NCBI GenBank assembly: GCA_951406725.2
Contig: OX597814.1
Location: 15,748,001 to 15,812,000, forward strand
Reading direction: 5' to 3'
DNA from: Octopus vulgaris
Lineage: Eukaryota
Length of the DNA stretch: 64,000 nt
Shown here: piece by piece, positions 38,037-52,823 of the stretch
How positions within the stretch are numbered: position 1 is the stretch's first letter
Layout of the letters: every line of letters starts with the position of its first letter
Position numbers and translations under genes: made by a program
The notes under the pieces: model-generated
The model's database searches: none
Told to the model about the DNA's origin: nothing
Seen by the model: the letters and a program-made list of their open reading frames with translations, nothing else

Positions 38037-39302
38037 AATTACACCCTACTATCGTAAAATAGGAAAGGATATAGATGAAAATATAGTCCAATATACTTCT
38101 AGAAACACAAACATTTTTAGGTCTGTTCAATCAAGGCTAACCTGATTGCCAAACGAAAAAGACCTCTTCAAATTGATTGGGCGGTACAATAAAAAAGACC
38201 TCTACAATTGATTAGGTGGTAACAGCTATATCATGTTCAACCTCTTATTTTTCATCATCCATACTGGCATAAGTTGGACAGTCTGCATCAAATGATCCTG
38301 AGGCTCACCTTTGACCTACTTTATCTTATATACAAAGCTCTGCATACATGAGACCCTACCTCAATATTTCTTCTCAATCAACCAGCCAACTTTTACTGCA
38401 GACAGATATTTAAATAGTGATGTTTGATCAGTTATCTCACTTTCCATTACACTTCACTACATCGCTCCTATTCTCTCAGTTTATATGTATTTCAGAATTC
38501 ATTTACAGTACATAGTTTTCGTATTAGATGCTGTGGTCCTGACTTATGACCTTACAGTACAACCAGTACATGACCTAAACCATTACAACTGTTTCACTGT
38601 GATTCAGTGAGAATTTTTATTCTACAATTCTGCAGTTTACCAACCTAGTTGTCAAGAGAAGGTTCTGAAAGCAAATATTTCTCAAACATATTTGAACTAG
38701 TCTTAAGTCTGTATACTTTCTGTCACTACTTCGTACATCTATTAGTATATTTTGTTCTGGGCTGGCAACCAAGGTTGGCTGTCAGTAGCTTATATTTTAC
38801 TGATTTATGATAAAGGAAACAAAGTTTTTTCTAAGCTCAGAGTTGCCTATCTTGGTATCTGATACTGGGGAGAGCTAACGAGTTTGATACGCATCCATCA
38901 GTCCAATAAAGAGCTGACAATGATGTTTTGACACCAATTTTGTCTTCAGCAATAATTATTTTCTCCATGACAAACTACAGTGGAAAGGCCTTTACAGGTC
39001 CTTTGAAGTATATTCCAACTGGCCTTAAGTTTTTAAATATTGATGACAATGATCTTAAGTGAAAACTGCATTCAAAAATAAAATAGCAAATAAGGATCTC
39101 TTCAACAATTAAACTTTTTTATAAAAATATTTGTAAAATAAACAATCATTGAGTTTCTGTTTCAATATAAACACTTTAAAACAGTTTGGTATCGTAGAGG
39201 CAGATGAAGACTCAGTCAGGTTCATAACATTAACAAAAATGAAATCAAAAGAGAGCATGGATATAAAATCAAAAATTTCTAGAAGAAATGAAAAATAATT
39301 AC

Positions 39303-39461
39303 CTGGTGTCTTCCAACATCAGTTAGGCGTTTACCTTCGTATGTAGTTTCAAAATCAGGTAAAGTTTCATCATGTTGGCATTGTTTATGAACATCACCGT
39401 TTGTTAAATTTGAATTATTATCTTTGTTGTCATCATAGAATAAAACTTCTGGAGGTGCAAT
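39303..39461 (-). CDS. SMPD4: SMPD4 exon (159 nt)
   Basis: AG/GT, in frame; IAPPEVLF...LPDFETTYEGKRLTDVGRHQ. Confidence 0.85.
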
Positions 39462-40109
39462 CTTTGTTTTGAAATAAAAAAATGGGATAGAAAACACTTA
39501 AGGTTGACCACATCAGTAAATATTACAGTAAAACATATGATTTTTCTTTCTCAATTCATCATCATCATCGTTTAGCGTCTGCTTTCCATGCTAGCATGGG
39601 TTGGACGGTTCAACTGGGGTCTGGGAAGCCAGAAGGCTGCACTAGGCCCAGTTTGATCTGGCAATGTTTCTACGGCTGGATGCCCTTCCTAACGCCAACA
39701 ACTCCATGAGTGTAGTGGGTGCTTTTTACATGCCACTGGCACAGGTGCCAGACGAGTCTGGCAAACGGCCACGATCGGATGGTGCTTTTTATGTGCCACG
39801 ATCGGATGGTGCTTTTTATGCACGGGGGCCAGGCGAGGCTGGCAACGGCCACAAACGGATGGTGCTTTTTCATAAAAACAACACCAACAACCCAATTCCT
39901 TGGCAGAGTAAGTTATGGTTGGTTGCAATAAGAAAGGGCACATTGGAATAGCAAATAAACCTTAGATCAGAGATGTGGTCTGAATGCTTGCAATGGCCTC
40001 TAAGGACAAAGTTGCAGTTTAGGCAGATGCCAATCACTGGTTCACTACCATTATAATAGTGAGAGTAAGAAGAATATCACTGGTTTTCAGTTTCTTGATG
40101 TTCCTTTGC

Positions 40110-40140
<31 letters not shown>

Positions 40141-40587
40141 AGCATGTATGTAAGTCAAGGATATCCAGCTACAGTCAAGGATATGTAGCGAGCTGGCAAA
40201 ATCGTTAGCACGCCGGGCGAAATGCGTAGCCGTATTTCGTCTGCCGTTACGTTCTGAGTTCAAATTCCGCCCAGGTCCACTTTGCCTTTCATCCTTTCAG
40301 GGTCGATAAATTAAGTGCCAGTTACGCACTGGGGTCGATGTAATCGGCTTAATCCGTTTGTCTGTCCTTGTTTGTCCCCTCTATGTTTAGCCCCTTGTGG
40401 GTAATAAAGAAACGGATATCCAGCTACAGAAACCAAACCAAGTAACACAAGTGAAACACCAGAAGCATCAGTCAATGGAAAGAGCAATAAGATCTCCAAA
40501 AACAGAAAAGACTTGGACTGTGACCCATGCTAGCATAGAAAGATGTTAAATGATGATGTGTGTGTGTGTAGTCTGAAGCATACTTAC

Positions 40588-40809
40588 ATCAAATATATAT
40601 TGTAACTGGTTTTCTACCATCTCCAAATGTTGCCTGGTCTTCCTCTGTAGTTCAATGGAATCACTATCACCAGAAAAGTTGTTAGGGTTGAAAAAAGATG
40701 CCATTTTTAACCAAATGGTTGGAAAATTAAACTGTGATGACTTCTCGGCCTGTTCAGAAGTTCTAACTTCTTTTTTGGCATGGGCAATGTTTATCAGTAA
40801 TTTCCGGAC
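40588..40809 (-). CDS. SMPD4: SMPD4 exon (222 nt)
   Basis: GACAG/GTAAGT; VRKLLINIAHAKKEV...QRKTRQHLEMVENQLQYIFD, in frame. Confidence 0.88.
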
Positions 40810-40889
40810 CTGTCAAAGATAAAACAGAAAAAATGCAAATCACAAACATCAAATTGTTTTGATTAGGTGATGAAAGTCATGGAGAGAGA

Positions 40890-42660
40890 GAGAGAGTTAG
40901 CCTAGAAGAGAAGCAGTTTGGTTTTGTGCCAGGAAGAATCACAACTGATACTATATTTCTGGTAAGACAGCTGCTGGGGAAATACCTAGCCAAAGATAAA
41001 CCTCTGTACTTCGCTTTTGTTGACATGGAGAAAGCCTATGACAGGGTCCTCTGAACCCTTATCTGGTGGTCAATGCACAAACTAGGGATAGATAGATGAT
41101 TGGTGAGGGCTGTACAAGCCAAGTACAGGGATGCTACCAGTAAGGTGAGGGCTGGCAATGAATAGTGAAGAATTCAGGGTACAAGTAGGGGTTCATCAAG
41201 GATCGGTGCTCAGCACACACCCCCCCTCTCCCTTGTTCATCATAGTCCTCCAGGTAATAACAGAGGAATTTAAGACAGACTGCCCCTGGGAGTTCCTCTA
41301 TGCTGATGACCTTGCTCTTATTGCTGAATCACTCCCAGAACTAGAGACGTTCCAGGTATGGGAACAAGGTCTAGAATCAAAGGGCCTTAGAGATAACCTC
41401 GTAAAGACCAAAGTCTTAGTAAGAAGGGAGCCAAATCACAAATCCCTTCTGACAGATGAGCCTGCACTATCTGTAGAAAAGGAATAAGCAGAAACTCCAT
41501 AAGATGCATCTGGTGTAAGCTTTGGACACACAAAACGTGCAGCAATATCAATGGAAGGTTAACAGGGAAACTAGCTTTTGTATGTGGAAGATGCACAGGT
41601 ACAATAACCACTGAAAATGTGCAGTAAACAGACTGCATCAACTGCTAGGTGGGCAAACTACAGGTACTGAATTGCTTCTGTTATCTAGGTGACCAAGCTA
41701 GAAGTGGAGTGGGGTGCTCTGAGAGCGTAGCTGTAAGAATAAGATTAGGCTGGGCAATGTTCAGAGAGCTCCTACATCCGCTGGCAACAAAGGGTCTCTC
41801 TCTCAGAGTAAAAAGCAGATTGTATGATGCCTGTGTGCGAACATCTATGCTACATGGCAGCTGAGGTCATGCATAGGCTTGAAAGAAATGACATTATCAT
41901 GCTTCATTGGATGTGCAATGTCAGTGTGCATATTTGACAGAGTGTAAGTGTCTGTAAAGAAAAGGTAGGTATAAGTGGCATCAGATGTGGTGAGCAAGAG
42001 AGATGACTGCACTGGTATGGTCATATGATACATATGGATGAGGACAGTTGTGTAAAGAAGTGCTGATCTATAATTGTTGAGGAAACATCTGTAGGTAGGC
42101 CCAGGAAGACATGGAATGATGTGGTGAAGCATGATTCTTGAACTTTGCGCCTCACAGAGGCAATGACTAGTGAGACCTTTGGCAATATACTGTGCTTGAA
42201 AAGACCCATCAAACCAAGTGAAATTGTAGTCATTGATGATGCTGGTGTCGTGTAAATGGCACCCATGTTGGTGGCACATAAAGAGCACTGTTAGAGCATT
42301 GGGCCTCAGGGAGGCCAAGTGACTGAGTACTTTTCGAGCGTTGGGCCTCACAGAGGCAGAGTGGCTGAGTTCCTTTCAAGTGTTGTGCCTCACAAATGCA
42401 ATGACCAAGACCATTGGGATTTCGTCGTGCTTGAGAAGACCCATCAAGCTGAGTAAAATCGCAGTCATGGCAGATACTAGTGTCACACAAAAGCAGCAAT
42501 TACACTCTTGGAATGATTGGCATGAGGAAGGGCATCCAGCCATAGAAAACCATGCCAAATCAGGCTGGAGTCTGGTGCAGCATTCCAGCTTACTAGCCCT
42601 GGTCAAACCGTCAAATCTATGCCAGCATGGACAACGGAGATTAAATGATGATGATGATGA
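40890..42660 (+). mobile_element. Decayed RTE LINE (RT domain + 3' UTR)
   Basis: QFGFVPGRITTDTIFLVRQL...FVDMEKAYDRV, GVHQGSVLS and LYADDLALIAES, with stops and frameshifts. Confidence 0.9.
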
Positions 42661-43714
42661 AATAACAATAATCAGATTTTGTAGATCGCAATATGTTAAT
42701 TAACGACTAAGATAAATAATCACCCAGAGAAATTAAAATGAGGAGTGTGGTTAGAAGCATTATGATAATATAGAGTTTAGAGCATTGATTGAATTCATGT
42801 GGCATTCACGGTGCTTAGAGTATGGTTTCTAGTGATGCAATCAGTGTGGTCTTTGGAGCAAGGATTGAAGTGATGTGGTAAGTATAGTGCTCGGAGTGTG
42901 GATTGAAGAGATATGTAACATAGGGTGTAGACTGAAATGAGCAGTGTGAGGTGCCTGGAGCAGGGACTAAAGTCACGTGGTTCACGCAGTGCTCAAAGAC
43001 AGAGACTAGAGAGGGTATGAAATCATTAAGATGTTGGGCTTTAGATTTAGTGATGATGGATTTAAGTCATGTAACACAACAGACTGGTACCAAGTAAAAA
43101 TCATTTGAGATGTAGGGCGACCTGCTGTTCTACCCTGGATTGTAGGGCAACCTGTTGTGCTTGAGGAGACCTATTGAGTCAAGTACATCAACATCAAAAA
43201 ATCAAATGGAAATTGTAGTAGTAATACCTGTGCCAGTGGCACGTAAAAAGCACCATTTGAATGTGGCTGATGCCAGCGCCACCTTGACTGGCTTCTGTGC
43301 CAGTGGCACATAAAAAGCACCAGTCAACCATGGCCATTGCCAGCCTCCCCTAGCACCTGTGCCGGTGGCACGTAAAAAGCAGCCAAACACTCATGGAGTG
43401 GTTGGCGTTAGGAAGGGCATCCAGCTGTAGAAACACTGCCAGATCAGACTGTTAGGCTGGTGCAGCCTCCTGGCTTCCTAGACCCCTGTCGAACCATCCA
43501 ACCCATGCTAGCATGGAAAACAGACGTTAAACGATGATGAAGATGGTGCCACTTAAATAGCACCTAGTACACTCTGTAAAGTGACTGGTGTTAGGAAGGG
43601 TATCCAGCCATAGAAACCTTGCCAAAACAGACAATTGGAGCTTGAGGCAGCTCTTCAAATCGCCAGCTACAATCAAACTGTCCAACCCAGACCAGCATGG
43701 CAAATGGAAGTCAA

Positions 43715-43941
43715 TTAACCCTTTAGTATTTAAACCGGCCATATCCAGCCAAAATAGTTAATCTGTTTTATGTTCAAACTGACCAGATCCAGGCTCTCAC
43801 ACCTACCCTACAATGTTATTCTACATTAAGTAATTACACCATCAAGATCTTGAAGATATGGGATAATGCATGATTAATTAAAATCAATGGGAATCAATAG
43901 GCATTATGTTTGATAGAATAATATGAACACTAAAGGGTTAA
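43715..43941. mobile_element. piggyBac-like MITE (TTAA ends); other copies ~47213-47443 and, degraded, ~60416-60560
   Basis: TTAA-CCCTTTAGT ... ACTAAAGGG-TTAA. Confidence 0.7.
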
Positions 43942-44108
43942 AGATGACAATCATGATGATGCCCATAAATCCAATCAAACAAGTACCTGCTAATAAGGTT
44001 TTACTAGGGACCACTTGCAATCTATAAACACAGAATTGTATTTAGTCAACACAAAAGTCAAAAAAAAAGAGTAATGAAGTAACATGTAAAAAAACAAAAT
44101 TAGCTTAC

Positions 44109-44284
44109 TGTATCAACAGTAGTTCGATCAAACAGTGGCAAGTATTGGAATCCAGGTCTCTCCAATTCTGATATTTGAACATTGAGAGCAGCATTTAATC
44201 TGTGATCAGGAGACAAATAGCTACCACCTATATCTCTGGATGTACTGGCTTGAAGGAATATTGGTTGATACATTTCCTCTTCAG
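44109..44284 (-). CDS. SMPD4: SMPD4 exon (176 nt, phase 1-0)
   Basis: TTTCAG/GTAAG; AEEEMYQPIFLQ...ELERPGFQYLPLFDRTTVDT. Confidence 0.88.
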
Positions 44285-45611
44285 CTGAAAGAAAAGAGCA
44301 ATAAAATATAAAGTTAAAAGCCAGTTTATATATTAACTCTCTTTTACTTGTTTCAGTCATTTGAACTGTTGAACTGTTCAAGATACTGACAAGAGATAAC
44401 AAAGGACCATGGTAAATATCATCATCATTATCATCATCGTTTAACGTCTGTTTTCCATGCTAGCATGGGTTGGACGGTTCGACTGGGGTCTGGGAAGGCA
44501 GGAGGCTGCACCAGGCTCCAGTCTGATCTGGCAGTGTTTCTACAGCTGGATGTCCTTCCTAACGCCAACCACTCCGTGAGTGTAGTGGGTGCTTTTTATA
44601 TGCCAGCGGCACAAGTGCCAGGGGAGGCTGGCAACGGCCACGATCAGTTGGTGCTTTTTACGTGCCACTGGCACGGGAGCCAGTCAAGGTGGCGTATGGA
44701 ACATACGGTAATTCACTCCACCCAGGTATGCTTGTCCAAGCTGACATTAAAATGAAGGTAGTGAAGGAGGCTAGGAGGTAGGGTATCTGGTATATAACGT
44801 CCCCATCAATTCTACATTTGCCCTACCACCTGCCTCCTTAACAATCTATTATCTCTATCATGCAATCCACACATCCTCTCTTCTGTTCATTGCCTATATA
44901 ATCTGAGATGACAGTGAATCTCTTGTATTCACTGCACAATGCTGACTTAGGTCAGTACTTCATCTGTCTGACCCTCTTGTCCTCTCCCCTATTCTCTACT
45001 CCTTGTCAACCGAATAACAAAGGATGGCACTAGTTTTATCCACACTCAATTCCAAAACACTACCACCCCAATCATTACCACTCTACCTCTCTCATCCATC
45101 ATGAGGCCTATGTATAAAGGACAGTATAAAATCTATTTATATCCCATACACTATACATCATCTCTATTCTGAATTGTCAGTCTTCACTCCCTCACAGCGA
45201 AATTACTCATTACTGATATTAATTATTCAGTTACCACATCTCCCACCCTCTAACCCCATTCATTATATTTCAGCCATTATACTCTTGCTTCATCAATTTA
45301 ACGTCCACTTTTCCATGCTTGCATGGGTCTGATGAAACCTGGGGGTTTTTCCTGTTGCCAACCCCTATCTGTTCCCAAACAACAAACATTGGACGTGCTT
45401 TTCTAGGGAATTATAAACAAATGACACCATTTGTATGAAGGTGACTTTTGTTTACAATCAGCATGCACATGTCAAAGCAAGAGGAATATGCACACACTCT
45501 CTCACATAAACACCCCCTCAAATACACACATCTACATGCACACATACCCATACACACACCCTTATACAGACTTAATAACAGAATAATTAAAAACAAGGGT
45601 ATTTCACAAAC

Positions 45612-45651
45612 CTTTGTGAAGCATAGCTACAAGGTTAGGATTGCTGAACAC
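45612..45651 (-). CDS. SMPD4: SMPD4 small exon (40 nt, phase 0-1)
   Basis: CTAG/GTTTGT; VFSNPNLVAMLHK. It is needed to reconcile the phases of the neighbouring exons. Confidence 0.85.
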
Positions 45652-47477
45652 CTAGAAAGAGGCAAAAAAAAGGACAAAATCAATATTCAGACTGCATTCA
45701 GTATTCTGATATAACATGAAGAATATGGTAATTAACCAATGAGGGTTAATAAAATATGTCATAGCTACATTTATGATTAAATAAAAGAGAGAGAGAGAGA
45801 GAATATCTAGTTTAATGAAGATTTCATAAGTAGCTATAATTACAAACAAAATCTGTGACTAAATCATTATCGAAAGTTTAAAAAAATAACAGAGGCGTTC
45901 GAAATAAATAGAAACTGTCTCAGTGAATTAGTTGAAACAAGTAAAAGAATAAAATAATATATATTTTCCTATAATTTTTATGAAACTGTAAAATATTGAT
46001 TCATTCAGAAAAACTCGCATAATTTTTTAAAGTAGGAGCACTTTACTCTATACCCCACCTAGCTCATCAACATGTATACTTACATGCCAAAGGTGAAACT
46101 GTCTTTGCTTCAAACCAGCCACTGACCCTATCAGTGTCCCTTTCATTACTCTTAAACAATGTACCACAGAGTTAGCTCCGCACCTAAGGGATCTATCCAG
46201 AACACTATAAATAAGAGGTCACAATATCTCACCGAGACAATCCCAGAATCAGAAATGACCGGCTTTCCTTTCCAGGATCAGAAAATACTTCAGTCCCCAA
46301 CAATTATCAACCCTTTACAAAGCTCAACCAAAATCCACACTGAAATACTGAAACTACATTTGGAATAAATGCTGCTATTTCACATACAGATAACCAAAAC
46401 TGCATCCAAAACAAGTCACCCACTTCAGCATCTGGCTCTCTGATGTTATGCCTCCTTACTTTGCATCTACTGCTACAGCAGCCAGTGCTCCTCAGGGGCT
46501 GGCTAATGCTCCTTTGAGACCCACCTAACTAAGAGCATTATCTTTGTGACAGTCACACAGTGAATGTCATATTCTGATATAAGCTGTTTCAGCATTCGTG
46601 GATTTTATTTATAATCTTTGTCTATACCTATATATATATATATATATACACCCACTATCCTGTCTTGCTTTCCTTACTTATTTTAAGAGTGTGAATTGCT
46701 GTTTGAAATAAAGGAGCATGTGTGGACATCATCATCATCATCGTTTAACGTCCGCTTTCCATGCTAGCATGGGTTGGACGATTTGACTGAGGACTGGCGA
46801 ACCAGATCGCTGCACCAGGCTCCAATCTAGATCTGGTAGAGTTTCTACAGCTGGATGCCCTTCCTAATGCCAACCACTCTGAGAGTGTAGTGGGTGTTTT
46901 TACGTGCCACTGACATGAAGGCCAGTCAGGTGGTACTGGCAATGGCCATGCTCAAATGGTGTTTTTTATGTGCCACCTGCACAGGAGCCAGTCCAGCGGC
47001 ACTGGAAGTGCCAAATAAAGTGCACTATGTTACTACAAGAAGATCAACATATTGCCACAGCTTTGACAAGAATGTTGAGTATCCAAAGATAACATGACAT
47101 AGTACTTTTTAGTATCATGTATATTCTTGTAAGTATACTTTTGTACTTATTGTGGAAATTTAAATACAATACCCAATACCTACCTACCAACATATCATTC
47201 TACTTCTATGCATTAGCCCTTTAGTATTCAGATTATTTTTGTCAAGTGTAATGCTTATTTATTTACGCTGATTTAAATCAATCATGCATTATCTTGTAGC
47301 TTTGAGATTTTGATGAGGTTGTTGCTTATTTTTAGCATGGCATTGTAGGATTAATGTAAGAGGCTGGATCCAGTCAGTTTGAATGTAAAACAGGTAGAAT
47401 ATTTTGGGCCAGATATGGCCGGTTTAAATGCCAAAGGGTTAATTTTATTAAACAAAACATCATGTATCAAAGCTCAC

Positions 47478-47601
47478 CTTTGTTATTCTGAACATCATGT
47501 AAGCATTGTGGGGAGAAGTAAGATCCATTCGGAAGAAACGTGGCAGAATTTGATGGAAAATTGCAGAGTAGAACAGTAAGTTATCAACAACAAAACTGTA
47601 C
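47478..47601 (-). CDS. SMPD4: SMPD4 exon (124 nt)
   Basis: (W)YSFVVDNLLFYSAIFHQILPRFFRMDLTSPHNAYMMFRITK; AG/GTGAG. Confidence 0.92.
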
Positions 47602-49275
47602 CTGAAATTAGATTAAATTATAATAAACATAACAAAAAACAACTTGTCTCTCCTCCACTCATTACTTTACTTACATGAGCCCACCACTCCTCTAGTTTTC
47701 ATTAACCATCATGACTAATGATTAGGAGAAAAGATTCTCTCTCTAAAAATGTCATTCTTCAAGAATGCCCACTCTGTTCTTGTTTTTTTCTACCACTTTC
47801 TATTTATAAATATTCAAGCGATGCATCAACCATGTCAATTCAACTCACCAGTCTTAGAGGTACTGCAAAGATCATGGGTACAGACTATTCCTCCAAAATG
47901 GTTTGGACCTATGCTATTAAAAACTATACAATGTAATATACTGCACAGCAACTATGGAGAGAAAACAGTTATTGAAAATGACCTTTATAATTTTAGCATG
48001 ATGAACCTACATTTCAAAGCATTTAACCAATAGATTCTCTATTTCTAGCAAATAATATTTTTAAAATTCTAATTAGATCCAGGGACTACTTTCATAGGGA
48101 CAACCAAAGTCAAGTAAATTGATTTCCCAACAAATAGCTGACGAAAAAGTTAGTCACTGTTTCAGATGCTACCATTTGATATCATTCACAATGCAACAAT
48201 AACTGTTTTCTAATTGATAGTTGTCTATTTATAATTCTAATTTATAATCCATAGTGTATACACCTGTAAACTGCATAACAACCTCATAAGTGCTGGTGGC
48301 ATGGAAAAAGCACCCAGTACACTCTGTGAGTTGGTTGGTGTCAGGAAGTGCATAGAGCTAGAGAAACAATGCCAAAGCAAACACCGGAGCAGAATGCAGT
48401 TCTTGGGCCCACTGGATCTTGGTAAACTGTTCAACCTATGCAAGCATGGAACATGGATGTTAAATAAACTTGATAATGATAATGATGACCTTTACTTAAA
48501 TATACTGAACCAAGATGACTGACATCAATCAGTTGATATGGAAGCACTCCGTCGGTTACGACGATGAGGGTTCCGGTTGATCCGAATCAACGGAACAGCC
48601 TGCTCATGAAATTAACGTGTAAGTGGCTGAGCACTCCACAGACACGTGCACCCTTAACGTAGTTCTCAGGGATATTCAGCATGACACAGAGAGTGACAAG
48701 GCCAGCCCCTTGAAATACAGGTACAACAGAAACAAGAAGTAAGAGTGAGAGAAAGTTGTGATGAAAGAGTACAGCAGGGATCACCACCATCTCTTGCCAG
48801 AGCCTTGTGGAGCTTTTTAGGTGTTTTCGCTCAATAAACACTCACAACGCCCGGTCTGCGAATCGAAACCGCGATCCTATGACCGCGAGTCCGCTGCCCT
48901 AACCACTGGGCCATTGTGTGTAAATTTGTGTGTTTAACTATAAATAATCAGTTGATATACTTTCTTAAAGGAAAGAGAAAAAGAAAAACGTTTTTACAAT
49001 GCATGATTTAATGACAATTGAAAATTGTCTGGTGAGGAATTAACAAATGACACTATCAGGAATCTGATCCCCAGAGTAACCAAAAGCCAAATCTCTGGTG
49101 ACAACAAAAATTTACACAATTACAAAAAAAAAAAAAAAAAAACAGTACCAAAACTGGCAATGCCAAAATTAATCTGTCAAAAAAGAGTATTTGTAAAACA
49201 GTCTTCTCAAATCTTTCTCAAGATCTACCTTCAGTTACATATCTATGGGGTGAAGATACATATAAAAGAACTTAC

Positions 49276-49388
49276 CATCTGTCTTGTATAATTGCATTAT
49301 CATCCTCTTCATTATTACTCCGTAAGTTAGGCTTAGTTTGGCTAACATAGCGCCAAGGCTGAATGTAACTTAACCAGGTCTCTAATAG
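49276..49388 (-). CDS. SMPD4: SMPD4 exon (113 nt)
   Basis: LLETWLSYIQPWRY... (hallmark SMPD4 motif); AG/GTAAG. Confidence 0.95.
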
Positions 49389-50189
49389 CTGTAGGAATAC
49401 AATGTCATAGAAGAAAATAAGCACAAAGAAAAATTAGCTGAATAGAAAACAGAAAGAAACCAACAGAAGTTGGGTATAATCAAGAACTTTGACAAACTTA
49501 GGTGATTGATTGACTAACTAAATGACTAATCATCATCATCGTTTAACGTCCGTTTTCCATGCTAGTATGGGTTGGACGGTTCGACCGGGGTCTGGGAAGC
49601 CAGGAGGCTGTGCCAGGATCCAGTCTGATCTGGCAGTGCTTCTACAGCCGGATGCCCTTCCTAACGCCAACTACTCCGTGAATGTAGTGGGTGCTTTTTA
49701 CGTTTCACCAGCAGAGGGGCCAGAGGAGGCTGGCAAATGGCCACAATCGGTTGGGGCTTTTTATGTATCACCGACAAGGACGCCAAAGATAACATGACAT
49801 AGTACTGTAAATATTGAGAGATGATAAACCTTATAGAGGAATTTTTTCAATCTGGTTTCATTATTCATATCATGTATTATGACCAAGAACTGTAGTCTCA
49901 TTTTATTTGCAATAACCTGGTGCATCTTGAAAAGTCTAGAGATCACCTGAACTTGTAGGTAGACCTGTGGATTGAAAGAAAATACCCCAGACTACAACCT
50001 AAAAAGAACATTTGATAATGTAGTCTTAGATACATTATGCATTAAGAAAAGGTGATAGTCAAGGCTAGAATGCAGTGCATTGTAGGTCTATTTAATTATG
50101 GATGGCCTGGGATAAGCAACAATGAAATCAATAAGAAAAAATTATATATAGCTAAAAGAAAAACAAACATACACCCAAAATGACCTTAC

Positions 50190-50280
50190 CAATCGAAATG
50201 AAGAATCCAGTGGCCACCAGTGGAAAGCATGACGTAAAAATGTATAAAGGCGCTTCTGAATGATTCCAAGAACTGTAGTC
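50190..50280 (-). CDS. SMPD4: SMPD4 exon (91 nt)
   Basis: TTVLGIIQKRLYTFLRHAFHWWPLDSSFRL; AG/GTAAG. Confidence 0.95.
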
Positions 50281-51002
50281 CTAGTAATTAAAAGAGAGAA
50301 TTTAACTAACAAAACGAAAATGTTAAATATATAATCAAAACGAATATGACTTTTTTTTTTTATACTGAAAACTGAATTGTCATTGCTCTTAAATAAACAT
50401 CAACACATTAATATAAATAAATACAAACACACAAAATTACTGTGAAATTACCAAAAATCCTCAAGTATAATCCCCTTTGTTTCCCAAAATTTAAAGGCCA
50501 AAATCCCTAATGTGTACTATATACGAGGTTAAAAATGAAAAATATTTTCTAAGCAGTGTCCGAGTCTCTCTTTGCTGTCTGGCAATGTTTATTCAGATGC
50601 ATTTTGTGATGTCAGGTGCGAAAATACCTTAAGCTAAACCTGAAAGTCATAAAAGAATCATACATAACTTGCAGTAAGCAACATTTATTAAAATAAAAGT
50701 ATTCAGAACACAGAATAACATGTAACTAAAACAATTTGCAAACATATTTACATTCCCATATAACAGTTAAGAACATCACCATTATTGTATTACGCATGCG
50801 CAGAAGTGTTTGTTCGACTAGGTGCTGCTGGCTTAATTACGCACGACACAAGTTAGAGAAGGGGTGCGTATTATACACAAGGTTTAGATTTTTCAAAGGT
50901 ACAGCCCCCTAAAAATACCCTGCATATTATACTCAAGGGCGGACTATACTCGAGGATTTACGGTAGTTAACAAGAGGGAAAAAAAATTTGGAGGCAGCTC
51001 AC

Positions 51003-51148
51003 TTTTTGAATTGATCAATTGATGTGGGGAGCTGTTGGTAGTAAGGCGGTGATGATATTGGAGGTAATGCACTGTTCACAAAATAGTGCAGATGTTTTAC
51101 AAGCACCCGTGCTATTCGAATGTGGTTGATTGTCGGTACATATAATTC
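51003..51148 (-). CDS. SMPD4: SMPD4 exon (146 nt)
   Basis: ELYVPTINHIRIARVLVKHLHYFVNS...IDQFK; GCAG/GTGAG. Confidence 0.93.
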
Positions 51149-52823
51149 CTGCAGCAAAAGAGGGAAACAAAATAATTTAAGAACATAAAAGAATGTCAAT
51201 CTGAATTCAAAATTAACCCAAATGAATTTTAATTGTTATTGTAACTGCACAGAAAATTAAAATATTCTTCTTTATCACTTGATAAAATGCATGAATGTAT
51301 AGGATTAGAGAGCAAGTGAAGAGAAAAGAGAAAGAGTAGAGGGAAGGGAAAGATAGAAAGCTTCTAGTCATCTTGTTATTCAGGACATAATTTTTAATAA
51401 CATAACCAATTGGCTAATCATAATATTAGGCTTGCAGTATCCAAATGCCAGACTCCAACATTTCTGTTCTTTCAATCCTTCCATAGTTTTGACAGAGTCA
51501 TCTGACTGAATAAAAGAGAGTTATGCAAACCTTTCCTTCATTGGACACTAAACTCTGCTTGCGAAGACCTGCTGAGGCAATCGAAATCGAAATTAAATTT
51601 GATGACTGGCATCCGTGCTAGTGGAGCACTAAGAGCACCATCTGAGCATGATCATTGCCGGAGCGGCTAATTGGCTTCCATGTCAGTTGCACGTAAAAAG
51701 CACCATTCGAGCATGATCGTTACCAGTGTCGCCTTACTGGCACCTGTGCCAGTGGCATGCGAAAAAACATTCGTGCGAGGTTGTTAGTGTAACTTAGTGG
51801 TTCGGCAAAAGAGACCGATAGAATAAGTACTAGGCTTACAAAGAATAAGTCCTGGGATCGATTTGCTCGACTAAAAGCGGTGTTCCAGCATGGCCAGAGT
51901 AAAATGACTGAAGCAAGTAAAAGAATAATGTCATTTGCAGATACGCTCTGCATCTATGCACTTTTAGTCTTCCTGGGGCTTCAAAATCCTCTGAGACTGG
52001 ATTTAAGCTGAGAAAAGTTACTCCCCAGAATGCAGGCCTGGGCTTTACTTTTGCTGAAAAACCAACAGTAGTCTGTGCATGCCAATCTCCCCTCACTATG
52101 TCACTGTTATTGCTCACAGGAAAGATAAGAAATGGTAGAGCTTGGCATGAGTGTCAAAGCAGACATTATCTTCGGAATGCAAAGAGCCTGAACACAAAGC
52201 AAAATCTTCCACTCTGACAATTCTGCCAATTGACATCATCAGGACAGATATTTACTCTTTTACTTGTTTCAGTCATTTGACTATGGCCATGCTGGAGCAC
52301 CGCCTTTTGGTTGAAGAAATCTACTCCACGACTTATTCTTTGTAAGCCAAGTACTTATCATATTGATCTCTTTTGCAAACCGCTAAGTTACAGGGACATA
52401 AACACACCAGCATCGGTTGTCAACCGATGCTGGGGGACAAACACAGACACACAAACATATACACATATATATATATATAGGATGGGCTTCTTTCAGTTTC
52501 CATCTATCAAATCCACTCACAAGGCTTTGGTCGGCCCGAGGCTATAGTAGAAGACACTTGCCCAAGGTGCCACGCAGTGGGACTGAACCCAGAACCATGT
52601 AGTTGGCAAGCAAGCTACTTACCACACGGCCGCTCCTGCGCCTATTTTAATACATTTTAGTAAATAACTAAATATATATAAACCTGTATATTTAACCATA
52701 TACAAGGTGTGGTCACTTTTCAGCCTTGTGTATTTGGCAATTCTAAGGTACTAATTTTCACCAAACTTCAGATAGCAAATGCACAAATATAATGAAAAAA
52801 TATTAATAAATAAATAAACTCAC

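Noticed and set aside
49883-49897. 15-nt match (CCAAGAACTGTAGTC) to the nearby SMPD4 exon
   Set aside because: Short, in direct orientation and without splice signals; no function can be supported.
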